Positions 1 through 8,805 of a DNA stretch of 20,503 nt are shown here, in pieces. Source of the stretch: a virus (taxonomy: Duplodnaviria > Heunggongvirae > Uroviricota > Caudoviricetes); IMG/VR virus record IMGVR_UViG_2684622771_000002. One strand, given 5' to 3'. Each line of letters begins with the position of its first letter. Position 1 is the first letter of the stretch. The position numbers and the translations under genes were made by a program. The notes beneath the pieces are model-generated. The model was not told the DNA's origin and did no database searches. It saw only the letters and a list, made by a program, of their open reading frames with translations.

Positions 1-3000
1 TCATACGCTATACCGTTAAAAATAATGGGCGGAATAATAATCTGGCGGTCAAAGTTATGATCATCGCTGATGGTGACTGTAACCGTACCGTCTGGTGTTT
101 CCGTGTTACCCCACGTACCGACTTTTTTCGGGAAGGCTTTTGATACAGCTTTAACGAAATCCCCTCTGACCTGGGTCGCCTCCAGCATGCCCTTAATCGT
201 ACAGTTCTGGTTAATCGTGACATTGTTGAGCGTTCCTGAGTTCGCATTCACACTACCACTGATATCCGCATTTTTAGCGGTCAGCTTTCCGTCTGATGTC
301 AGGGAAAATACCGGAGGACTGCCACCGCTGGTAATGGCGGGGGCTGTCAGGCGCTTCAGGAACACGTCGTTCATGAATATCTGGTTGCCCTGCGCCACAA
401 ACATCGGCGTTTCATTCCCGTTTGCCGGGTCAATAAACGCGATACGATTGGCGGCAACCAGAAACTGGCTCAGCTTGCCTTCCTCCGTGTCCTCCATGCT
501 GAGGCCAATACCCGCGACATAATGTTTGCCGTCTTTGGTCTGCTCAATTTTGACGCCCCACATCGCATTCCATTTATCGTTAGCGTCCTTCCACTCTTTC
601 GAAAACTCATCCAGTCTGCTGGCGTTATCCTCCGTCAGATCAACTTTTTCCAGCAGCTCTTTACCGAGATGGGATTCGGTTATCTTGCCTTTGAAAAAAT
701 CCAGGTAACCTTCCGCATCATCGCTCGCCCGACCGACGGCCTCCACGAATGCCGATTTGCCAACGGTGTTCACACTGCGGATATAAAAGTAATAATCATG
801 GCCCGGTTTGATATTGATACTGGCGGCTATCCAGTACAGCCCCGCGCCAAGGTAGCGGGCTGTGGTTTCAACCTGCCTGATATCGGTAATCCGCGTTTCC
901 GAGAACCAGAACTCAAACTGTACCGTCGGATCATAAACCGCAAGATGCGGCGTGGCAGTTATCTGAAAATAGCCCGGCGTCAGCTCAATCCGCGACGGTG
1001 CTACCGGTGCGGCAATCCTGAACGATACCGACGCCGGATCGCCCTGCTGTCCCCAGGCATTTACCGCCCGGACTGTCAGCGTGTACCGTCCCAGCGCCAG
1101 TTGCGTGAAGCGGTATGTGGTTTCCGTCGTCCGGGCCGTGCTGACCAGCCGCTCACTGCCGTCATCCGCTGCCACGGTCAGGCGAAGCATAAAGCTCACC
1201 CCCTTCACCACCTTCGGCGTGTCCCAGCGCGCCAGCACCTGATATTCCCCGCTGTCTGCGGTGACTTCGGCAGTCAGGTGCTGCACCGCTGGCGGCGTGA
1301 CACCATTCACCGTGCCGCTCTGGTCGCCGTCAAAGTGCGCCCCGTTATCCACGATGGCTTCTTTTTCCGGTACATGCTGCACGGCAGTGATGGCATACGT
1401 GCCGTCATCGTTCTCACGGATACTCACACAGCGGAACAGGCGCTGGCGCAACGTCGGCAGCTTCAGCCCCCACACGCTGTATTCAGCAACGCCGTCAGGA
1501 ACACGGCTCACTTTCACCTTCACGCCGTCGGTGACGGACTGAACCTCCACGCTGACCGGATTGCCACTTCCGTCAACCAGGCTTATCAGCATGGTACCGG
1601 AGGATGGCAGCGTGATTTCACGGTCGAGCGTCAGCGTCCGGGTCTGGCTGTTTACCGCCAGCACGCGCCCGCCGATGCTGATACCCGCATAGTCATCATC
1701 ACAGATTTCAATGACATCGCCCGGCACATGGCGAAGCCCTTCTGCGCCCACGCTGAAGTCCACGGTCTGCGTTTCCAGCAGTTCTGTTTTAATCAGCCAC
1801 AGCCCGGCGCGGTGTGCCTGCCCCNNNNNNNNNNNNNNNNNNNNNNNNNNNNNNNNNNNNNNNNNNNNNNNNNNNNNNNNNNNNNNNNNNNNNNNNNNNN
1901 NNNNNNNNNNNNNNNNNNNNNNNNNNNNNNNNNNNNNNNNNNNNNNNNNNNNNNNNNNNNNNNNNNNNNNNNNNNNNNNNNNNNNNNNNNNNNNNNNNNN
2001 NNNNNNNNNNNNNNNNNNNNNNNNNNNNNNNNNNNNNNNNNNNNNNNNNNNNNNNNNNNNNNNNNNNNNNNNNNNNNNNNNNNNNNNNNNNNNNNNNNNN
2101 NNNNNNNNNNNNNNNNNNNNNNNNNNNNNNNTCTGCCCGTTCCATACCGGCATACAGCGCATCGCCGAGCAGAAATCACTGAGCACATCCCACGCCTTGC
2201 GCTGTGTGGTCAGGTACGCATTACAGGTGATGCGCGGCTCCGTGCCGCCAAAGCCGTCCGGCACTGACTGGTCGCAGTACTGGCCGATGACATACAGCGC
2301 CCATTTGTCCACATCCGCCGCACCAAGACGTTTCCCCATGCCGTAGCGCGGGTGGGTCAGCATATCCCACAGACACCAGGCCATGTTGTTGCTGTATGCT
2401 GGTTTTAACGTTCCGTCCCAGATACCGCTGTATTGTCGCGTCTGCGGGTTATAGTTCGACGGCACCTGCAGAATGCGCCCGCGAAGATGATAATTACGAC
2501 TNNNNNNNNNNNNNNNNNNNNNNNNNNNNNNNNNNNNNNNNNNNNNNNNNNNNNNNNNNNNNNNNNNNNNNNNNNNNNNNNNNNNNNNNNNNNNNNNNNN
2601 NNNNNNNNNNNNNNNNNNNNNNNNNNNNNNNNNNNNNNNNNNNNNNNNNNNNNNNNNNNNNNNNNNNNNNNNNNNNNNNNNNNNNNNNNNNNNNNNNNNN
2701 NNNNNNNNNNNNNNNNNNNNNNNNNNNNNNNNNNNNNNNNNNNNNNNNNNNCCCCATGCCATAGCGCGGATGGGTCAGCATATCCCACAGACACCAGGCC
2801 ATGTTGTTGCTGTATGCCGGTTTTAACGTTCCGTCCCAGATACCGCTGTATTGCCGCGTCTGCGGATTATAGTTCGACGGCACCTGCAGAATGCGCCCGC
2901 GAAGATGATAATTACGGCTCACCTGCTGGCTGCCGAACTGCTCCGAATCCACCTGTACGCCGACCAGTGCCGTGTTCGGGTAGCACTGTTTCACATCGAT

Positions 3001-3922
3001 GATTTCGGTGTATGACGACCAGAGCGTTTTGTTCTGCAGCTGGTCTGTGGTGCTGTCCGGCGTCATTCTGCGCATCCGGATATTAAACGGGCGCGGCGGC
3101 AGGTTATCCACCACCACCGAGGCCAGATACTGCGAGGTGGTTTTGCCCTTAATGGTGATGTCTTTTTCCGTCACCCAGCCACCGTTACGCTGTATCTGAA
3201 CCAGCAGGCGAACTTCAGACGGATTCCTGTCTCCCTTTGAGGTGGTTTTGCCCTTAANNNNNNNNNNNNNNNNNNNNNNNNNNNNNNNNNNNNNNNNNNN
3301 NNNNNNNNNNNNNNNNNNNNNNNNNNNNNNNNNNNNNNNNNNNNNNNNNNNNNNNNNNNNNNNNNNNNNNNNNNNNNNNNNNNNNNNNNNNNNNNNNNNN
3401 NNNNNNNNNNNNNNNNNNNNNNNNNNNNNNNNNNNNNNNNNNNNNNNNNNNNNNNNNNNNNNTGATGTCTTTTTCCGTCACCCAGCCACCGTTACGCTGT
3501 ATCTGAACCAGCAGGCGGACTTCCGACGGATTCCTGTCTCCCTTTGAGGTGGTTTCCACCAGTGCCTGTACACCGAAGGTAAAGCGCAGACGGTCGATGT
3601 TTGCCGACGTGATGGTCCGGGTGATCGGCGTGTCATATTTCACTTCCGTACCCAGCACCGTCTCGGAGCCGGAGGATTCAAATCCCTCCGGCGGTGACTG
3701 CTCCTGCTCACCTGCCCGGAACACCACCGTGACGCCGGAGATGTTGGTATTCCCCTCATTGTCCAGCACCGGCGTACTGTTCAGCAGCACGCTTTTTAAT
3801 CCATCCACCGGACCTTCAACCGGCCCTTCACTGATGGCATCGATCACACTCAGCAGCTGCGTGGACTTCAGGTTGTCCTTCGCTTCGCGCGGGGTATGCC
3901 CCTTACTGCTGCCTTTACCCAT
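1..3922 (-). CDS. J: Tail tip / host specificity protein J (central tail fiber); partial, C-terminus beyond the left window edge; interrupted by three N-runs and duplicated gap flanks
   Basis: ORF track 3254..3922 starts [24 protein letters not shown] (lambda gpJ N-terminus); 2494..3174 continues [16 protein letters not shown]...HPRYGMG; my translation of the minus strand at 2132-2500, 1741-1824 and 1-420 continues the J frame ([12 protein letters not shown]; [16 protein letters not shown]; [27 protein letters not shown]...[13 protein letters not shown]) with no stop reaching position 1. Start is 60 nt after the I stop, as in lambda. Confidence 0.9.
1825..2131. other. Run of 307 N (assembly or scaffold gap) inside J
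   Basis: Literal n characters. Flanks do not overlap; the J sequence missing between them is about 86 codons by comparison with lambda, so the gap size is roughly realistic. Confidence 0.95.
2334..2501. repeat. Gap-flank duplicate, copy 1 (168 nt of J coding sequence), 6 transition mismatches to copy 2
   Basis: Direct alignment with 2752..2919: identical except 6 transitions. Both encode the same J segment ([29 protein letters not shown]...HPRYGMG). Confidence 0.9.
2502..2751. other. Run of 250 N (scaffold gap) between two overlapping contig ends
   Basis: Literal n characters; the flanks 2334..2501 and 2752..2919 are near-identical copies, so the true gap length is negative (contig ends overlap). 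Confidence 0.95.
2752..2919. repeat. Gap-flank duplicate, copy 2 (168 nt of J coding sequence)
   Basis: See 2334..2501. Confidence 0.9.
3156..3248. repeat. Gap-flank duplicate, copy 1 (93 nt of J coding sequence); followed by a chimeric contig tail at 3249..3257
   Basis: Aligns to 3463..3555 with 2 transition mismatches. The last 9 nt before the N-run (tgcccttaa) repeat 3143..3151 instead of continuing the J frame, which the segment after the gap does continue. Confidence 0.85.
3258..3462. other. Run of 205 N (scaffold gap) between overlapping contig ends
   Basis: Literal n characters; flanks overlap (3156..3248 versus 3463..3555). Confidence 0.95.
3463..3555. repeat. Gap-flank duplicate, copy 2 (93 nt of J coding sequence)
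   Basis: See 3156..3248. Confidence 0.85.
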
Positions 3923-3982
3923 TCGTCATGCTCCATAAACGATAAAACCGCCCGGAGGCGATTTCACATAAAACATTTTGCA

Positions 3983-4654
3983 TCAGCGACCAATCACCAC
4001 AACCTGACCACCGTCCCCTTCGTCTGCCGTGCTGATCTCCTGAGATACCACACGTGACCCCACGCGCATTTCACCATACAGAACAGGCATAACATTGCCC
4101 TGGGCAACCATGTTATCCAGTGAGGAGAAATAGGTGTTCTGCTTACCGTTATCCGTTGTCTGTGTGCGGGGAGTTCTGGCTTTCGGTGCCAGCATCTGAG
4201 CCACACCGCCGAGCACCATACTGGCACCGAGAGAAAACAGAATGCCGGTCATACCACCGGCACCAATGGCAGCCCCCCATGCTGCAAGGGTGGCTCCGGC
4301 GGTAAAGAATGATCCGGCAATGGCGGCTGCTCCCAGGACAATCTGGAATACACCACCTGACTTGGCCCCGGCGACTCTGGGAACAATATGAATCACAGCG
4401 CCGTCAGGCAGAGCCTCATGTAACTGTGCCGTTAATCCGGACGTGCTAACATCCTGCCCGGCAATACGCACCTGATACCAGCCGTCGCTCAGCTTCTGAC
4501 GAAACGCAGGGAGCTGTGTGGCCATCGCCCGGATGGCTTCGGCACCCGTTTTCACACGAAGGTCGATGCGGCGGCCAAATCGTTGCAAATCCCCGTAAAG
4601 GCAGATGCGTGCCATGCCCGGTGACGCCAGAGGGAGTGTGTGCGTCGCTGCCAT
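3983..4654 (-). CDS. I: Tail tip assembly protein I
   Basis: ORF track 223 aa, MAATHTLPLASPGMARICLYGDLQRFGRRIDL...; length equals lambda gpI (223 aa); overlaps the 3-prime end of K by 103 nt exactly as lambda K/I do. Confidence 0.95.
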   Translation of the reverse strand: MAATHTLPLASPGMARICLYGDLQRFGRRIDLRVKTGAEAIRAMATQLPAFRQKLSDGWYQVRIAGQDVSTSGLTAQLHEALPDGAVIHIVPRVAGAKSGGVFQIVLGAAAIAGSFFTAGATLAAWGAAIGAGGMTGILFSLGASMVLGGVAQMLAPKARTPRTQTTDNGKQNTYFSSLDNMVAQGNVMPVLYGEMRVGSRVVSQEISTADEGDGGQVVVIGR

Positions 4655-5214
4655 TTGTCGGTGTACCTCTCTCGTTTACTCAGTTGTTCAGGAATATGGT
4701 GCAGCAGCTCGCCGTCACCACAGTAAATGGCGGCATGATTCGGCACCGATGAACCAAAACAGCACAGCAGCACATCGCCCGGCTGCGCCGCTGACAACGG
4801 CACCTGATACAGCCCTGTGGCCTCCAGATTATCCAGATAGAGATTCTGACCGTGACGCCACCAGTCATCCTCACGATGAAAATCCGGCATCTCAATCCCC
4901 GCCAGATGGTAAGCATCCCGGAACAGCGTGTAACAGTCCGTCACCCCGTGCTCAAAGCGCCGCCCGGTAAGATGTGGCACACAGCGGAACTTGTGAATCG
5001 CCCCCCGGCAGACCAGCCACCACGGCAAATCACTCTGCACCTGCAGCCGCCGGTCGGCCTCACTCAGCCAGGGCAGACCACCGTCCGGCTCACCGGAGAT
5101 ATTCACGCAGGGGAAATATCTTTCCCCCTCCGGCGTTCTTACCACGAAGCCGCACGACTCCGCTGGAGCACATCGCCGGGCGTGCGCCAGAATCGCTGAT
5201 TCTGTCTCTGTCAT
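4552..5214 (-). CDS. K: Tail tip assembly protein K (NlpC/P60 Cys-His motifs intact; MPN/JAMM motif incomplete, HxH absent)
   Basis: ORF track 220 aa starting 5 nt after the L stop. NlpC/P60-type motifs are visible (DCYTLFRDAY, NHAAIY, HHIPE). The JAMM-like tail GGLPWLSEAD is present but no H-x-H precedes it (reads GEPDGGLPWLSEAD). Confidence 0.9.
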   Translation of the reverse strand: MTETESAILAHARRCAPAESCGFVVRTPEGERYFPCVNISGEPDGGLPWLSEADRRLQVQSDLPWWLVCRGAIHKFRCVPHLTGRRFEHGVTDCYTLFRDAYHLAGIEMPDFHREDDWWRHGQNLYLDNLEATGLYQVPLSAAQPGDVLLCCFGSSVPNHAAIYCGDGELLHHIPEQLSKRERYTDKWQRRTHSLWRHRAWHASAFTGICNDLAAASTFV

Positions 5215-5219
5215 GGGAT

Positions 5220-5918
5220 TTACTGCGAAAGTTTGTTAATGGAAAGGAAGCCGCCAAAGTTGCCGACGTTATTGCGAAACTTACAGCCACTCAGGCATTT
5301 GCTGCATTTATCCTTCGTGATGTCGGACGTTGGCTGGTCATATTCATCCGCGACCGCCGGACCGTGATAACCGCACTCATCGCCGCGATAGGTCCAGGTG
5401 CAGGTGTTGGCCAGCATGATACGTCCCGGAAAAACAGCGCCATCTGTTTCCGTCGGCGTGGACAGTACAAAAGAGGCACTCACCGCGCTCAGTTCGCTGC
5501 ACTGCTCAATGCGCCAGCGGCTGATCACCTCCTGCTCCGGATCGGCGTCACTGTTTCCGTTGACGAAGTTCACCGCATCCAGAAAACGGGCGTAAACCTT
5601 ACGCCGGACCACCGTTCCGCCGACCAGACTCTGTAGATCTTCCGCCATCCCGGTGACCATACCGTACAGGTTAGAAACCATCAGCGTGGGGCGCGTACTG
5701 GTGCCTTTGCCATTCAGTTCAAAACCACTCCCCTGAATGGGATACGGCTGATACTGTCGCCCCTGCCAGGTGACCGGCTCACCTTTTTCGTTCTGCTCAT
5801 TACAGAAAAAATAACGTTCTCCACCGACCTCTGTCAGATCGATTTCCCAGAGCACCACGCTGGCCGACTGCTCCGCACGGGTGCATTCATTCAGTGTTTC
5901 CTGCCGGATATCCTGCAT
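5220..5918 (-). CDS. L: Tail tip protein L
   Basis: ORF track 232 aa, MQDIRQETLNECTRAEQSASVVLWEIDLTEVGGERYFFCNEQNEKGEPVTWQGRQYQPYPIQ; same length as lambda gpL; C-terminal Cys cluster (CSKCLSGC). Confidence 0.95.
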   Translation of the reverse strand: MQDIRQETLNECTRAEQSASVVLWEIDLTEVGGERYFFCNEQNEKGEPVTWQGRQYQPYPIQGSGFELNGKGTSTRPTLMVSNLYGMVTGMAEDLQSLVGGTVVRRKVYARFLDAVNFVNGNSDADPEQEVISRWRIEQCSELSAVSASFVLSTPTETDGAVFPGRIMLANTCTWTYRGDECGYHGPAVADEYDQPTSDITKDKCSKCLSGCKFRNNVGNFGGFLSINKLSQ

Positions 5919-6247
5919 CAGTTCACCACCTGTTCAAACTCTGCGCTGAACTCAACACGCAGCATACTGACCCGCGACGACCATTTTGCGCAGGTCACCT
6001 TTATCTGCCGCCACTCATAAGGCGGCGTCCACAGAAAGGCTTTCCAGCCCCCGTGCTCTTCCAGAAACGACTCCAGTACCATGGCCTCCTCACGGGGGAC
6101 AGAAAGCGTCACGCTGTACGTTTTCAGGTTGGCATTCAGCCCGGCAGGCGCTCGCTGGGAATAGCCATCACCAAAGCGCACCTTTCTTACAGAAGGGGCC
6201 GAAGCCACATCCATACCGGGTTTCACTTTCCAGCGGAAGGTTTTCAT
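5918..6247 (-). CDS. M: Tail tip protein M
   Basis: ORF track 109 aa, MKTFRWKVKPGMDVASAPSVRKVRFGDGYSQRAPAGLNANLKTYSV; same length as lambda gpM; 4-nt overlap with the H stop and 1-nt overlap with the L start. Confidence 0.95.
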   Translation of the reverse strand: MKTFRWKVKPGMDVASAPSVRKVRFGDGYSQRAPAGLNANLKTYSVTLSVPREEAMVLESFLEEHGGWKAFLWTPPYEWRQIKVTCAKWSSRVSMLRVEFSAEFEQVVN

Positions 6248-8805
6248 CGTCCACCTCCGGAGAACAGGCCACCATCACGCATCTGTGTCTGAATTTCATC
6301 ACGGGCACCCTTGCGGGCCATGTCATACACGGCCTTCATCATCTGTGGACCTGGCAGACCATTCGTACCGTCGTTCTGAATCACCACGTGATTGTTCTGA
6401 TTAAAATTAATGCCTTCAGCCCGCCGCATCTGCGCCGGACTTCCGGCACCGCCCACATAACCACCTTCCGCATAGCCGCGCATCAGCCGGTAGAGATTCC
6501 CCACGCCAATCCGGCTGGTTGCCTCCTTCGTGAAGACAAATTCACCACGGTGAACAATCCCCGCTGGCTCATATTTGCCGCCGGTTCCCGTAAATCCCCC
6601 GGTTGCAAAATGGAATTTCACCGCAGCGGCCTGAATGGCTGTACCACCTGACGCGGATGCGCCGCCACCAACAGCCCCGCCAATGGCGCTGCCGATACTC
6701 CCGACAATCCCCACCATTGCCTGCTTAAGCAGAATTTCTGTCATCATGGACAGCACGGAGCGGGTGAAGCTGCGCCAGTTCTGTTCACTGCCGGTCAGCA
6801 TCGCCGCCATATTCTGTGCAATACCATCAAAGGTCTGCGTGGCTGCACTTTTAACCTGTGACATACTGTCCGTGGCGCTCTCTTCCCACTCACTCCAGCC
6901 GGACTTCAGGCCTGCCATCCAGCTCCCGCGAAGCTGGTCTTCAGCCGCCCAGGTCTTTTTCTGCTCTGACATGACGTTATTCAGCGCCAGAGGATTATCG
7001 CCATACTGTTCCTTCAGGCGCTGTTCCGTGGCTTCCCGCGCTGCCTGCCGGTCAGTCAGCCCCCGGTTTTTCGCATCAATGGCTGCCCGTTTTGCCCGTT
7101 GCTGCTGTGCGAATTTATCCGCCTGCTGCGCCAGCGCATTCAGGTGCTCCTGATACGTAACCTTGTCACCAAGTGCAGCCAGCTGGCGTTTGTACTCCAG
7201 CGTCTCGTCTTTATGCGCCAGCAGGGATTTCTCCTGTGCGGACAGCTGGCGACGTTGTGCCGCCTCCTCCAGTACCGCGAACTGACTTTCTGCCTTCCAC
7301 AAATCCCGGCGCTGCTGGCTGATTTTCTCATTCGCTCCGGCATGCTTCTCCAGCGTCCGGAGTTCTGCCTGAAGCGTCAGCAGGGCCGCATGAGCACTGT
7401 CTTCCTGACGATCGCCCGCATACACCTTCACGCCGGACTGTTTCGGCTTTTTCAGCGTCGCTTCATAATCCTTTTTCGCCGCCGCCATCAGCGTGTTGTA
7501 ATCTGCCTGCAGGATTTTTCCGTCTTTCAGTGCCTTGTTCAGTTCTTCCTGACGGGCGGTATATTTCTCCAGCGGCGTCTGCAGCCGTTCGTAAGCCTTC
7601 TGCGCCTCTTCGGTATATTTCAGCCGTGACGCTTCGGTATCGCTCTGCTGCTGCGCATTTTTGTCCTGTTGACGCTGTTGATCTACCCTCTTTTGGGCTG
7701 CATCCCGCTCCAGGCGTTTTTTTTCACGATCATCCCAGTAACGCGCCCGTGCTTCATCGTTAACGAAATAATCATCCTTGCGCAGATTCCAGATGTCGTC
7801 TGCTTTCTTAAACGCAGCCTCTGCCTTAATCAGCATCTCCTGCGCGGTATCAGGACGACCAATATCCAGCACCGCATCCCACATGGATTTGAATGCACGT
7901 GCAGTCCTGTCTGCCCAGGTCTCCAGCGTGCCCATGTTCTCTTTCAGGCGGCGGGTCTGGTCATCAAACCCTTTCGTTGCGGCCTCGTTCGCCGCCTGCA
8001 ATGCCCCGGCTTCATCGCCGGAACGCTGCAACTGAGCAACATACGCAATCTGCTCCGCCGTCACGTTATGGAACTGGCGTGCCATCGCCGTCAGCCCCGA
8101 CGTCGGGTCTGTGGTCAGCTTCCCGAAGGCTTCAGCGACCTTGTCCACCTCCACGCCGGATGCATAGGAGAAACGCGCCACACTCTGGCTGATGGACGCA
8201 ATCTGAGCCTCACCGCTTACCCCCGCCTTAACCAGTGCGCTGAGTGACTCGCTGGTCTGGTTAAACGTCAGCCCTGCCGCCTGCCCGGCTCTGGACAGGA
8301 CCAGCATACGATCTGCCGTCAGTCCCGCCTGATTACCGGAAAGGACCAGCGTTTTGTTGAAATCGGACAGGGTTGAGTTGCCCTGATACCAGGCATACGC
8401 CAGCGCACCGGTCGCCACCGCCAGCGAGGTGGCCCCCACCATCGGCAGGGTGATCGCGCCGGCAAGCCCCCTGAACATGGGGATCATCCCGCCGAAGGAG
8501 TCCTTAACCTGACCACCCTGTTGCAGCAGGATCAGCCAGGGATTCTGCCCCCCTGCAAGCTGCGTGGCCACGTCGGTGAACTGTGCAGGCAGCATACGCA
8601 TGGCGGCTTTATACTGCCCGACGGAAATCCCCGCTTTCTGTGCAGCCAGCGCCTGTCGGCTCAGCGACTGTTCAACGACTGCCGCTGTTTTTTTCGCATC
8701 ACTTTCCGTACCGGAAAAATGACGCCTGACTCTGGCCATCTGCTCGTCAAATCTGGCCGCATCCAGACTCAAATCAACGACCAGATCGCCTACCGGTTCA
8801 GCCAT
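6244..8805 (-). CDS. H: Tail tape measure protein H
   Basis: ORF track 853 aa (same as lambda gpH), MAEPVGDLVVDLSLDAARFDEQMARVRRHF...; long coiled-coil-like central region; glycine-rich C-terminal part. Confidence 0.97.
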   Translation of the reverse strand: MAEPVGDLVVDLSLDAARFDEQMARVRRHFSGTESDAKKTAAVVEQSLSRQALAAQKAGISVGQYKAAMRMLPAQFTDVATQLAGGQNPWLILLQQGGQVKDSFGGMIPMFRGLAGAITLPMVGATSLAVATGALAYAWYQGNSTLSDFNKTLVLSGNQAGLTADRMLVLSRAGQAAGLTFNQTSESLSALVKAGVSGEAQIASISQSVARFSYASGVEVDKVAEAFGKLTTDPTSGLTAMARQFHNVTAEQIAYVAQLQRSGDEAGALQAANEAATKGFDDQTRRLKENMGTLETWADRTARAFKSMWDAVLDIGRPDTAQEMLIKAEAAFKKADDIWNLRKDDYFVNDEARARYWDDREKKRLERDAAQKRVDQQRQQDKNAQQQSDTEASRLKYTEEAQKAYERLQTPLEKYTARQEELNKALKDGKILQADYNTLMAAAKKDYEATLKKPKQSGVKVYAGDRQEDSAHAALLTLQAELRTLEKHAGANEKISQQRRDLWKAESQFAVLEEAAQRRQLSAQEKSLLAHKDETLEYKRQLAALGDKVTYQEHLNALAQQADKFAQQQRAKRAAIDAKNRGLTDRQAAREATEQRLKEQYGDNPLALNNVMSEQKKTWAAEDQLRGSWMAGLKSGWSEWEESATDSMSQVKSAATQTFDGIAQNMAAMLTGSEQNWRSFTRSVLSMMTEILLKQAMVGIVGSIGSAIGGAVGGGASASGGTAIQAAAVKFHFATGGFTGTGGKYEPAGIVHRGEFVFTKEATSRIGVGNLYRLMRGYAEGGYVGGAGSPAQMRRAEGINFNQNNHVVIQNDGTNGLPGPQMMKAVYDMARKGARDEIQTQMRDGGLFSGGGR

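Noticed and set aside
522-2267. 581-aa plus-strand ORF, the longest plus-strand ORF in the window
   Set aside because: It is antisense to J, runs through the N-gap (X residues), and is Arg/His/Pro-rich with no recognisable domain; the opposite strand encodes clear J sequence.
1789-3547. ORFs made largely of X residues (1789..2145, 1793..2188, 1814..2182, 2396..2764, 2405..2794, 2433..3002, 3242..3547)
   Set aside because: They exist only because N-runs contain no stop codons; not genes.
2334-3555. Possible genuine tandem repeats or domain duplication within J
   Set aside because: The duplicates flank N-runs exactly, differ only by a few transitions, and one contig end is chimeric; the true J frame continues correctly only when one copy is removed. 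Treated as assembly artifact.
6635-8247. Several plus-strand ORFs of 170-190 aa (6635..7153, 7099..7629, 7669..8247)
   Set aside because: All lie antisense within tape measure gene H; compositionally biased (Ala/Pro/Arg/Leu-rich) as expected for antisense frames of GC-rich coding DNA; no start context or homology.
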